Made by a program: the position numbers and the translations under genes. The notes under the pieces are model-generated. The model saw only the letters and a program-made list of their open reading frames with translations, ran no database searches and was not told the origin of the DNA. DNA of 63,286 nucleotides, filler included, from Raja brachyura (Eukaryota): NCBI GenBank assembly GCA_963514005.1. It is 6 parts of 5 records of this genome, joined end to end, with 100 filler letters (N's around TTAATTAATTAA, not from the genome) between each part and the next. Parts side by side here need not be neighbours in the genome. Positions count along the whole stretch, not along the records: positions 1 to 28,444 come from CAUPSL010001127.1; 5 more parts are not named here. One strand, given 5' to 3'. Shown piece by piece: positions 1-10,548 of the stretch (the first letter of the stretch is position 1; each line of letters begins with the position of its first letter).

Positions 1-39
1 TTTCAGGTCAAACGTTATCTTTCCCGCTTGCAGCCTTTG

Positions 40-560
40 ACTAATCGGTCAATGTTGGGTCCACTACTTTTCCCGTTGTATATTTACGATCTGGATGATG
101 GAATTGATGGCTTTGCGGCTGATATCGCGGACGATGCCAAAAATAGGTGACGGGGCAGGTATTGTTTAGTAAGCATGGAGTCTGCAGAGTTACTTGAACA
201 GGTTGGAAGAGGGGGCAAATAAGTGGCAGATGGAATACTACACAGCAGACTATACGGTACTGCGCTTTGGTGGAAGGAATAACGATGTCGACTATTTTCT
301 AAATCAGGAGAGGATTCAGAAATTGAGGTGCAAAGGGACTTGGCAATGTTGATGCGGGAATGCCAAAATGTGAATTTGCAGAGTGAATCGTCGTTGAGGG
401 AGACAAATTCAATTTTAGCATTGATTTCGAGATTTGATCGTAGATTTTTTTACGAAATGATTTGATCACATTTCGAATATTGCGAGCAGTTTTGGGTCCC
501 GGGTCTGAGGAAGGATATGGAGGCTTTGGAGATTACCAAACGGAGGTTTACGCGAATTAT
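40..560 (+). mobile_element. Degenerate CR1-clade LINE RT fragment
   Basis: Remnants of the YINDLDDG/FADD-like and QFWSP regions, matching the intact CR1 copy at 7400-7920; many disablements. Confidence 0.7.
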
Positions 561-1019
561 TCGGGGGGATCATTCGGTCGCGCAAAATAAGTGTTCGCCA
601 CACGCTGGACTTTAGAAGGATAAGTTTTGATCACTCTGATCACTCTGAGATTTGAGCAGCATTGACATCGGCATTTCGTCCTCACGCACCAAACGCGGAT
701 ACTTTCCCCCTTGTCTCTGAATTGACCCTTGCTACATATCGCAGTCTTCACCCACGCACTTTTCGTTTTCACTTCCAACGGTGGATTTCAATTTCCACGA
801 CGGGCAAATGGCCTAACTCTGCTTCTGTGCCTCATGGTATTTGTCTTTGTTTTGGATGTGGGCATAGCTGTTAAGGCCAACAGTCATTGCCCTTTAGGAT
901 CAAAAGTAACGATTCCAGGGTGTTCAATTGTAATCTGTTCCGCCAACGGAAAAGTGGCATTCTTACTTGGAGATGCACACAGGCCCAGAAATGCAATATG
1001 CTTTATCAGATAACAGATT

Positions 1020-1400
1020 CAGAGAGTCGTGGAGTGATGCAACGCGGAAACAGGCTCTTCGGCTCACGTTGCCCACTTCGCCCGACATGTCACCGCTACA
1101 TTCGTGCCAGCTGCCCGCCTTTGGTCCAAATCCATACAAACCTGTCCTGTCCATGTACTTGTCTAACTGATTCTTAAACAATGGGATTGTGCCAGCTTCA
1201 ACTATGTACTCTGGCAATTTGTTCTGTACGCCCACTACCCTCCGTGTGAGAACGTTAGCCCTCAAATCGTATTAAATCTTCCCCTTCACCTTAAACCTGA
1301 GACCTGTCCTGGACTCATCTACTCTGTAAAAGAGACTCGTGTGTATCTACCCGATCTATTCTTCCCATGATGTTATACAGCTCCGTACGATCACACCATT
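1020..1400 (-). mobile_element. CR1/HER1-type LINE 3' end fragment
   Basis: Minus-strand ORF 963-1265 (VVGVQNKLPEYIVEAGT...FKNQLDKYMD) is the CR1 ORF2 C-terminus; the same 3' UTR occurs at 53100-53310 and 60050-60260. Confidence 0.7.
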
Positions 1401-1978
1401 CCTCTCATAATTTAAGACAAAAACCTAACTCAATTATTTAATGGCCACAAATCCTAAAGCAAGTAAAAAGAACCCTTTGTATAACCAGAGACAATTATGA
1501 AACGTTTATGAACACAAAGTGCTGCAGTAACTTGTAGAGCAAGAGGATAATTTCGCGTAGTGTTTTGGAGCAAACGGGCGGTTTGGTGGGAGCATTAACT
1601 GCGCGGGTCAGGCAGCACTTCAGGAAAACGTAGATAGCCGACATTTGGTATCTAAACTTCAGACTCCGATTTCATCGTCCGCATTTCCTTGTGTCTGCAT
1701 AGACATTCAAAGCTGTGGTAGCACTGTGTTGTGTTCCCAGCCTTATGGTTTTGGGGACGTAGCTATTCTTGAACCTTATTAACTTTGTGCTCCCGGGGAG
1801 CTCCACATATCCTCTCATTGGACTCACGCGTACCGTGACATTTGGACCAAGTTGCTGGAACCCTTTATGTATAGAATCTGTTTCAATTGGAAAGCAATTG
1901 ATGCCTCGTGATCTAATATTAAAGGGAACATAATACTTCCAAGAACAGTCGTGGATAAGAGTGGTTTAGGGTACTTAC

Positions 1979-2036
1979 CGGCTGTGACAGTCACTGTAGT
2001 CCCCGTCCCGTCCTGGTAGTGTGTTTCCCATGGAGC
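1979..2036 (-). CDS. J gene segment, NAR-like (putative NAR-TCR J): APWETHYQDGTGTTVTVTA
   Basis: 58-nt open segment with a G-x-G-T-x-V-T-V motif, preceded by a 23-RSS and ending at a phase-1 donor G|GTAAGT (1978-1973). Asp replaces the W/F of the WGxG/FGxG motif. Confidence 0.9.
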
Positions 2037-2075
2037 CACAGTGCGCCGTCTCTTGATGTTCGCAGTACAAAAACA
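2037..2075 (-). promoter_or_regulatory. J 5' recombination signal sequence (23-bp spacer)
   Basis: The + strand reads CACAGTG (2037-2043), 23 nt, ACAAAAACA (2067-2075). Confidence 0.92.
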
Positions 2076-2384
2076 GTCCTCACCTCGATTTGCCCGGCAT
2101 CCATAAGAATCGCTGTCCAATTATTCCAGGAGTTTCACACCAACCAGTAACTGTCTTTGATCCCCATTCCTCGTATGGTGTACCGGTTCCAGCTAAGAAA
2201 CAGAGCGAAGAGCAGAGTGATCTCCCACGCAGGCTGGTGTGCTTTGACAAACACGGAACCAATTATTAAGGAATGTTTACGGAATGTGGCAATCCCTATG
2301 CAATTTATGTGGCTTTCAGCGTCACGAACAACAATCGTTTGATTTTGGTTCCGGAACCCCAGAACATATATCTTGAATGGGGTG

Positions 2385-2412
2385 AGTTTTTATTCGACTC
2401 TCCTTCACTGTG
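2385..2412 (-). promoter_or_regulatory. D 3' RSS (12-bp spacer)
   Basis: Minus strand: CACAGTG (2412-2406), 12 nt, ATAAAAACT (2393-2385). Confidence 0.85.
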
Positions 2413-2427
2413 GATATTCCAGACCCA
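2413..2427 (-). CDS. D gene segment TGGGTCTGGAATATC (putative NAR-TCR D)
   Basis: 15 nt between two 12-RSS, midway between the V and J; open in all frames (WVWNI / GSGI / GLEY). Confidence 0.78.
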
Positions 2428-2455
2428 CACGTTGTTTCACGTCGCTTTCAAATCC
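2428..2455 (-). promoter_or_regulatory. D 5' RSS (12-bp spacer, non-consensus)
   Basis: The + strand reads CACGTTG (2428-2434), 12 nt, TTCAAATCC (2447-2455). The essential CAC is kept; the nonamer matches consensus at 5 of 9 positions. Confidence 0.6.
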
Positions 2456-2779
2456 CCAGGTGCCCGTCGAGACGGGTGGGCAGGAGATTAACGTTCGGCG
2501 AATGCATTTTTCAGATTGCAGTTTCTGTAACTGGGCCTCGTCTCGAGTTGTGCATCAGAATATTGGTAAGTCATTCTCGATGGAAATTCGTTAGCACCAG
2601 CTTCGGTAAAGGGGGCATTATCCAGCCGCACTCTCCAAATAGAGAAACTTCATTGTTTGAATAGCACGCATTTCATCCAGTGCAACTTGGAATACAGGGC
2701 AGGCGGGAGAAAGCGGGACCGTGGATTCCCCAGTGGATTCACCTCGCGTCTTCACGTTGCTACTAGAATCTGCCTTCAG

Positions 2780-2817
2780 GGTTTTTGTATTGCTGGAACC
2801 ACAGTCCCATCACTGTG
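2780..2817 (-). promoter_or_regulatory. V 3' RSS (22-bp spacer, 23-class)
   Basis: Minus strand: perfect CACAGTG (2817-2811), 22 nt, perfect ACAAAAACC (2788-2780). Confidence 0.93.
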
Positions 2818-3110
2818 ATCTCTCCACCTGTACTCAGCTTTACAGTGATATGTGGCCATGTCCTCAACTCTCAAACCAAGAATTTTCAACGTAAAGGTCT
2901 TTTTCGCTGTATTGGTCGACACAACGACCCGTCCACCTGTTGTGATCCGCTGCCAATGAGGACTGGATTGTGCTTGCTTGAAGAAATGTCCTACAACAAA
3001 TTCGTAGCTACCCCAGGAACCTTCTTGGAAATGGCAGGTGATTGTGAGGGGTTGGCACTCTTTTCCAGTCACCGTACTCGGGCTCTGGGTCACTGACTGA
3101 CTGAAGGTGT
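2818..3110 (-). CDS. V exon of an IgNAR-like single-domain variable segment (putative NAR-TCR V)
   Basis: Acceptor ...tttttaatctatag at 3111. Encodes (H)TFSQSVTQSPSTVTGKECQPLTITC...ITTGGRVVVSTNTAKKTFTLKILGLRVEDMATYHCKAEYRWRD. Canonical B- and F-strand Cys, DxAxYxC, VNAR-type shortened CDR2 region with a GGR motif, extra FR1 Cys, no stops, followed by an RSS. Confidence 0.88.
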
Positions 3111-3263
3111 CTATAGATTAAAAACAGGGAGAGGTGAGTGGGAGTTCGAGGCGAACCACGGCAGAAGGATAAATCTCGTACAGTGTTTGAATTTCAGGTC
3201 AGAGTGCACTAGAGTTGTTTATGTTCAACCCGCACGGTGTGGGAATCGGAGACCGGTACTCAC

Positions 3264-3306
3264 GGCGTAAGCAGAGTGACAGTACAACACACAGGAGGAT
3301 TCCCAT
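3264..3306 (-). CDS. Leader exon of the NAR-like V (MGILLCVVLSLCLR)
   Basis: ATG at 3306, 43-nt hydrophobic exon, donor GTGAGT (3263-3258). Phase 1 splices in frame to the V exon across a 153-nt intron. Confidence 0.88.
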
Positions 3307-3560
3307 CGCGCCTCTCCGGGAATAAATGTTTTACGTGACGAGAGGCTGGAGCACAGGTCCCCGACAGATCCTGCAGCCTATTCCAGAGAACTGAGCGGGA
3401 ACCTCAGCTGGGCTTTTCGTTTCGGTGCGGGCGGTGTTCTCGGAATTTTTGAAAATCGATGTGCGAGGAGATGGAGAGTTCGAAAAGGGGATCGTTAAAT
3501 CTGCTGGTTTGTTTGGTGGCCTGTAACGTGATGTGAAGCATCTGATGTGGCTCTGACGTT
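3307..3560 (-). promoter_or_regulatory. Candidate V promoter with CRE-like and E-box motifs
   Basis: TTACGTGACG near 3331, GTGATGTG and CATCTG near 3527-3544, TGACGT near 3554. CRE-like elements are typical of TCR V promoters. Motif-level evidence only. Confidence 0.3.
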
Positions 3561-3719
3561 TCTCTGGCGTTCAGTAGACCATTTGAATAATTCAGGCATC
3601 CGAACATATGGGGGGGGGGGGGGGGGGGGCGTAGATCGGGTGAACGCACAGTCCCAGCTCCAATCGGTCAGAAGGTACAGAAGTGTGCAAACTCACACCT
3701 CCACATTTAGGTACATGCT

Positions 3720-4870
3720 GTATCTTCCCATCGGTTATCAGGCAACTGAACCATCCTAACAGAACTTGAGAGCAGTCCTGACATACGATCTACCTCATCG
3801 GTGACCCTCGCACTCTCCTTATCGGACATTGTTGGCTTTGTCTTGACTAAACTTTATTCAATTATCAAGTACAGTGGCTTGAAACAAAGCCATCAGAAGT
3901 GCCGTTTGCAGTTTGCCACAAGCCATGTGGGGGACACAGCAAACATGTGGAGGAAGGTGCTCTGGTCTGATGAGACCAAAATTGATGATTTTGGCCTAAA
4001 TGCAAAACGCTATGTGTGGCGGAAAACTAACACTGCACATCGCCCTGAACACACCATCCCCACTGTGAAACATCGTAGTGGCAGCATCATGCTGTGGGGA
4101 TGCTTTTCTTCAGCAGGGACAGGGAAGCTGGTCAGAGTTGATGGGAATATGGATGGAGCCAAATACAGGGCAATCTTGGAAGAAAACCTGTTAGAGTCTG
4201 CAAAAGACTTGAGACTGGGGTGGAGGTTCACCTTCCAGCAGGACAACGACCCTAAACATACAGCCAGAACTACAATGGCATGGTTTAGGTCAAAGCATAT
4301 CCATGTGTTAGAATGGCCCAGTCAAAGTCCAGACCTAAATCCAATTGATAATCTCTGGCAAACTTGACAATTGCTGTTCACAGGCTCTCTCCATCCAATC
4401 TGACTGAGCTTGATGTATTTTGCAAAGAACAATGGGCAAAATATTCAGGCTCTAAATGTGCAAAGCTGATAGAGACATACCCGAAAAGACTTGCAGCTGT
4501 AATTGCAGCGAAAGGCGGTTCTACAAAGTATTCACTCGGGGTGGCAGAATACTTTTGCACTTCACTCTTTTCAGTATTTTATTTGTAATAACATTTGGAA
4601 ACGATGTATCATTTTCCTTCCACCTCACAATTATGCAGCACTTTGTGTTGGTCTAACACATAAAATCCCAATAAAATGCATTTACATTTGTGGTTGTGAC
4701 GTGACAAAATGTGGAAAAGTTCAAGGGGTATGAAAACTTTTGCATGCCACTGTATCTGTACACTGTGAATGGCTCGATTGTTACCACGTATTGTCTCTCC
4801 GCTGACTGGTTAATACGCAACAAACGATTTTCACTGTACCTTGGTATACGTGACAAATAAACTAAGCTGA
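3720..4870 (+). repeat. Interspersed repeat (probably a LINE 3' end) interrupted by the Tc1
   Basis: The flanks join to ...ttatcaagta|tctgtacactgtg...gtgacaaataaactaa. An uninterrupted copy is present at about 43030-43200. Confidence 0.65.
3872..4752 (+). mobile_element. Tc1/mariner DNA transposon, internally deleted, transposase pseudogene
   Basis: Termini CAGTGGCTTG... and ...CATGCCACTG flanked by TA (3870-3871, 4753-4754). ORF 3801-4367 has WSDETK, FQQDNDPKH and SPDLNPIDNLW (the catalytic E reads D). Frameshift near 4365; N-terminal half absent. Confidence 0.92.
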
Positions 4871-5649
4871 ACGGATGGCGGAACCCCGCAATAATGCAGG
4901 AATGCCATTGCAAGGGCTGTTTGTTTGTTTCTTTGATGAGAGGCTGTACCGTCAAGGGTAGTGGGAATTGCCGCACGGCAGCTTATAAAATCGACGAAAG
5001 CTCAATGCGAGGCCACAGTCGGGCTGGGTACCGGTATCCCACCGAATGTCAATGAGCCAGTGAAATAGAGGACGCAAACTGCAATTAATGCAATCACCTG
5101 CAGGGAAGGAGAAACACAGATACATGGAAAATAGGTGTAGGTGTAAGTCATTCTACCTTCGAGCCTGCACCGCCAATCAATATGATCAAGTCATGTTGGC
5201 AGCGCAGGTGGGGTAGCTCTGTTGGTGAGGGATGAAATGCGTCTATGGCGACGGTTGACAGAGGGACTGACGATGTAAAGTCGCTATGGATTGAATTCTG
5301 CAATTGTAAAGGATAGACAACAATGGTAAGTAGTAAACAGTAGCCTGGATATAGGGTGCAAGTTGCAGCAGGAGTTAATTTTGGCATGTGACAAATGTAA
5401 TGTCACTGTTTTTAGGGAGATTTCAAAATGCAGGTAGACTGGGAAAGTCAGGTTGGTTCCAGAAACCAAGAAAGGGAGTATGTAGAGTGCCTCTCAGATG
5501 GATTCTTAAAGCAGCTTTAATTGGAGCCTACCAGAGAGAAGGCATTTCTGGATTTAGTGTTGTCTAATGAACCAGATTTAGGAAGGGAACTCAAGGTAAA
5601 GGAACCCTAGGAAGGAATGATCATAATATGATAAGTTTTAACCTTCAAT

Positions 5650-8400
5650 ATTCAGGAGGGATAGACGAAAAGGAAAAGGAGGTGGGGTAGCGTTGCTGGT
5701 GAGAGAGGAGATTAATGCAATAGAAAGGAAGGACATTAGCGTGGAGGATGTGGAATCGATATGGGAAGAGCTGCGAAACTCTAAGGGGCAGAAACCGCTA
5801 GTGGGAACTGTGTACAGGCCACCTAACAGTAGTATTGGAGTTGGGGATGGCATCAAACAGGAAATTAGAAATGCGTGCAACAAGGGTAACACGGTTATAA
5901 TGGGTGACTTCAATCTGCATGTAGATTGGGTGAATCAAATTGGCAGGGGTGCTGAGGAAGAGGATTTCCTGGAATGTATGCGGGATAGTTTTCTCAACCA
6001 ACATGTGGAGGAACCAACGAGAGAGCAGGCTATTCTAGACTGGGTATTGAGTAATGAGGAATGGTTAGTTAGCAGTCTTGATGTGCGTGGCCCCTTGGGC
6101 AAGAGTGACCATAATATGGTTGAGTTCTTCATTAGGATGGAGAGTGACAAAATTAAGTCAGAAACAAGGGTTCTGAACTTGAACAAAGGTAACTTTGAAG
6201 GTATGAGATGTGAATTGGCCAAGATAGACTGGCAGGTGATTCTTAAAGTGTTGACAGTGGATGCGCAATGGAAGGTATTTAAAGACTGCATGGATGAAGT
6301 ACAAAAGTTGTTCATACCAGTTTGGCAAAAGAATAAATCGGGGAAGGTGGTGCATCCATGGATAACAAGGGAAATCAGGGATAGTATAAAAACAAAAGAT
6401 GAGGCATACAAATTTGCCAGAAAAAGCAGCCTACCGGAGGACTGGGAGAAATTCAGAATCCAGCAGAGGAGGACAAAGGGCTTAATTAGGAAAGGGAAAA
6501 TAGATTATGAAAGGAAACTGGCAGGGAACATAAAAACTGACTGCAAAAGTTTTTATAGATATGTAAAGAGAAAGAGACTAGTTAAAACAAATGTTGGTCC
6601 CTTGCAGTCAGAAACAGGTGAATTGATCATGGGGAACAAGGACATGGCAGACCAATTGAATAACTACTTTGGTTCTGTCTTCACTAAGGAAGACATAAAT
6701 AATCTGCCGGAAATAGCAGTGGAACGGGGGTCAAATAAGATGGAGGAACTGAATGAAATCCAGGTTAGCCGGGAGGTGGTGTTGGGTAAATTGAACGGAT
6801 TGAAGGCCGATAAATCCCCAGGGCCAGATAGTCTGCATCCCAGAGTACTCAAGGAGGTAGCCACAGAAATAGTGGATGCATTAGTGATAATTTTTCAAAA
6901 TTCCCTAGATTCTGGAGTAGTTCCTGAGGATTGGAGGGTAGCTAATGTAACCCCACTTTTTAAAAAAGGAGGGAGAGAGAAAGCGGGGAATTACAGACCA
7001 GTTAGTTTAACATCGGTAGTGGGGAAACTGCTAGAGTCAGTTATTAAAGATGGGATAGCAGCGCATTTGGAAAGTGGTGAAATCATTGGACAAAGTCAGC
7101 ATGGATTTACGAAAGGTAAATCATGTCTGACAAATCTGATAGAATTTTTCGAGGATGTAACTAGTAGAGTGGATAAGGGAGAACCAGTGGATGTGTTATA
7201 TCTAGACTTTCAGAAGGCTTTCGACAAGGTCCCGCATAAGAGATTAGCATACAAACTTAAAGCACACGGTATTGGGGGTTCAGTATTGATGTGGATAGAG
7301 AACTGGCTAGCAGACAGGAGGTAAAGGGTAGGAGTAAACGGGTCCTTTTCAGAATGGCAGGCAGTGACTAGTGGGGTGCCGCAAGGCTCAGTGCTGGGAC
7401 CCCAGCTATTTACAATATATATTAATGATTTGGACGAGGGAATTCAATGCAACATCTCCAAATTTGCAGATGATACCAAGCTGGGGGGTATAGTTAGGTG
7501 TGAGGAGGATGCTTGGAGGCTGCAGGGTGATTTGGATAGGCTGAGTGAATGGGCAGATGCATGGCAGATGCAGTACAATGTGGATAAATGTGAGGTTATC
7601 CACATTGGTGGCAAAAACATGAGGGTAGACTATTATCTGAATGGTGGCAGATTAGGTAAGGGGGAGATGCAACGAGACCTGGGTGTCATGGTACACCAGT
7701 CATTGAAAGTAGGCATGCAGGTGCAGCAGGCAGTGAAGAAAGCAAATGGTATGTTAGCATTCATAGCGAAAGGATTTGAGGATAGGAGCAGGGAGGTTCT
7801 ACTGCAGTTGTACAGGGTTTTGGTGAGGCCACACCTGGAGTACTGCGTACAGTTTTGGTCTCCAAATCTGAGGAAAGACATCCTTGCCATAGAGGGGGTA
7901 CAGAGAAGATTCACCAGACTGATTCCTGGGATGTCAGGACTTTCATATGAGGAAAGATTGGATAGACTCGGTTTGTACTCGATGGAATTTAGAAGATTGA
8001 GGGGGGATCTTATAGAAACCTACAAAATTCTTAAGGGGTTGGACAAGCTAGATGCTGGAAGATTGTTCCCGATGTTGGGGGAGTCCAGAACAAGGGGTCA
8101 CAGTCTAAGGATAAGGGGGAATTCCTTTAGGACCGAAATGAGGAAAACATTCTTTACACAGAGAGTCGTGAGTCTCTGGAATTCTCTGCCACAGAAGGTA
8201 GTTGAGGCCAGTTCATTGGCTATATTTAAGAGGGCGTTAGATGTGGCACTTGTGGCTAAAGGGATCAGGGGGTATGGAGAGAAGGCAGGTACGGGATACT
8301 GAGTTGGATGATCAGCCATGATCACATTGAATGGCGGTGCAGGCTCGAAGGGCCGAATGGCCTACTCCTGCACCTATTTTCTATGTTTCTATGTTTCTAT
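5650..8400 (+). mobile_element. Young 5'-truncated CR1-clade LINE (APE endonuclease-reverse transcriptase ORF2)
   Basis: ORFs 5693-7324 and 7364-8302 are in one frame, broken by a single TAA. Motifs GDFN, SDH, NYRPVSL, LDFQKAFD, GVPQGSVLGP, FADD; (CTATGTTT)n tail at about 8380-8400. Confidence 0.95.
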
Positions 8401-10548
8401 GAGTGGGAGAATGTTACATCAGATGTGTCCGTGTTGCAGTTGAACAAAGGGGACTATGGCGGCATGAGAAAAGTGCGGGCCAATGACGACTGCAAAATGA
8501 TCCTAGCAGAAGTGACGGACGAACAGCAATAGCAGGAATTTCTGGGCATAATGCAGAAGTTGCAAGATCACTTCATTCCAAGGATGAAGAGAGATTCTAA
8601 GGGGAGTAAGAGGTAACCGTGGCTGAAAATGGAAGTTGGGGACGGTATAAAAGTGAAAGAAAAGATGTACAACACAGGAAAGAGTGGCGGGAAGCCAGAG
8701 GATAGGGAAACTTTCGAAGGACCTCAGAAGGTAACAAAAATTAAGATGCGAATCGGCGAAATCCGCACCATCGACCAGGTAGTAACTGGGAAACGGTTTC
8801 CCCTCTTCCCCCTTGCGACAGACCACCTAAAAAGACTAAATAACCTCCAGGAATACACTTTTTTGACAGACTAAAATAAGAATAAGAGTGAAAGGACGGA
8901 CGTACTTCTGGCGCGGCGGCCGCATGCGGCCCCATCCGATGACGATAGATGGGGAACAAGGATTTATCATGGGGAACAAGGAAATGGCAGAAGACTTCAA
9001 CAGGCACTTCTGGTTCTGTCTTCGCTAAGGAAGAAACATCATTCTCCCAGAAGTACTAGAGGACAGAAAGTGGAAAATTATCGACCAGTTAACCTGACAT
9101 CGGACCTGGGTAAGATGGCGGAGTCAGTTATTAACGAAGTAATAACAGCGTATTTGGATAGCATTTGAAGGTTTGGTCCAAGTCAACATTGATTTACGAA
9201 GGGGAAATCCTGCATGACTAATCTTCTGGAATGTCTTGAGAATGCGACAATTAAAATCGACGAGGGATGTCCCTGTCCGAATGGCAGGCATTCTGATTGG
9301 AGTGCCACAACGCTCGGTGCAGGGACCGCAAATATTCACAATATATATTTATGATTTAAATGATGGAATTAAAAGAAACGCGAGCACATTTCCAGAAGAT
9401 GCTAAGTTTGGTGGCAATACAACTGCGAAGAGGATGCTAGGTGGTTGAATGGACGAATTGAGTGAGTAGGCAGATACATGGCAGATGCGTTATAATGTAG
9501 TTAATATGATGCTATCCACTTTGACGGCAAGAAAATTGAAGCAGATTATTATCTCAATGGTGTCTGATTGGGGAAAATGAATGAATGCTCTTGTTCACCT
9601 GTCACGGGAAGTACACATTCAGGTACACCAGGTATGAAGAAAGCTAATGGCATGTTGACCTTCATAACGAGAGGATTTGAGTATAAGAGTAGAGGTCCTT
9701 CTAGAGTATTGTGTGCAGTTTTGGTCTCCTAATTTGGGAAAAAACATCCTTGCTATGGAGTGAGTGTTGCGTACGTTCACAAGGTTAATCCCCGGGTGGG
9801 CGGTACTGTCATATGAGGAAATTATGAGCACTGTGGAATTTTCTGCCCCAGAGGGCGGAGGAGGTAGGTTTCCTGGATGCTTTCAAGAGAGCGCTAGATA
9901 GGGCTCTTAAAATGGCGGAGTCTGGGGATATGGGGAGAAGTCAGGAACGGGGTACTGATTGGGGATTTTCAGCCATGATCACATTGAATGGCGGTGCTAG
10001 CTCGAAGGGCCAAATGGCCTACTCCTGCACCTATTGTCTATTGTCTATTGAAAGATTGGAAAGACTGGTCTTGTATTCACTGGAATTTAGAAGGAGGAGA
10101 GTGCATTGTGCAGAAACAGAAACAATTATCTAAGGACTGGTCAAGCTAAATGCAGGAACAATGTTCCAAATGCTGGTGGATTCCAGAACCAGGGTCCACA
10201 GTCTAAGAGTAAAGGAGAGGGCATTTCAACCTGAGATTAAAAAAATCTTGTTCACCCAGACAGTTGTGAATTTCTGGAATTCTCTGTCACAGAAGGCAGT
10301 GGAGGCAATTCGCTGGATGAAATGAAAAGAGAGCGAAATAGACCTCTAGGGGCTGCGAGAATCAAGAGGCATGAGGAGAAGGTAAGCACTGGTACTGATC
10401 GTGGATGAGCAGACATGATCAATATGCATGGCCAATTGCGAGCGGTGCGCGGGGGAACGTGAATACGGAGGTCAAAGTGTTGTATTTGAATGCGCGAAGT
10501 ATAAGGAATAAAGTGGACGAGCTTGAGGCTCTGTTAGAAATTGGCAAG
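8401..10548 (+). mobile_element. Older degenerate CR1 fragments (hosts of the younger insertions)
   Basis: Continues the CR1 sequence interrupted at about 5645; decayed RT motifs (GVPQRSVQGP); repeated 3' ends. Confidence 0.75.

Noticed and set aside
1690-1728. CACTGTG heptamer as an extra RSS
   Set aside because: No credible nonamer at 12 or 23 spacing and no adjacent gene segment.
557-1900. Supporting Vdelta or constant exon downstream of the J
   Set aside because: I found no Cys/Trp/YxC pattern or good RSS on the minus strand; the ORFs here are repeat-derived or random.
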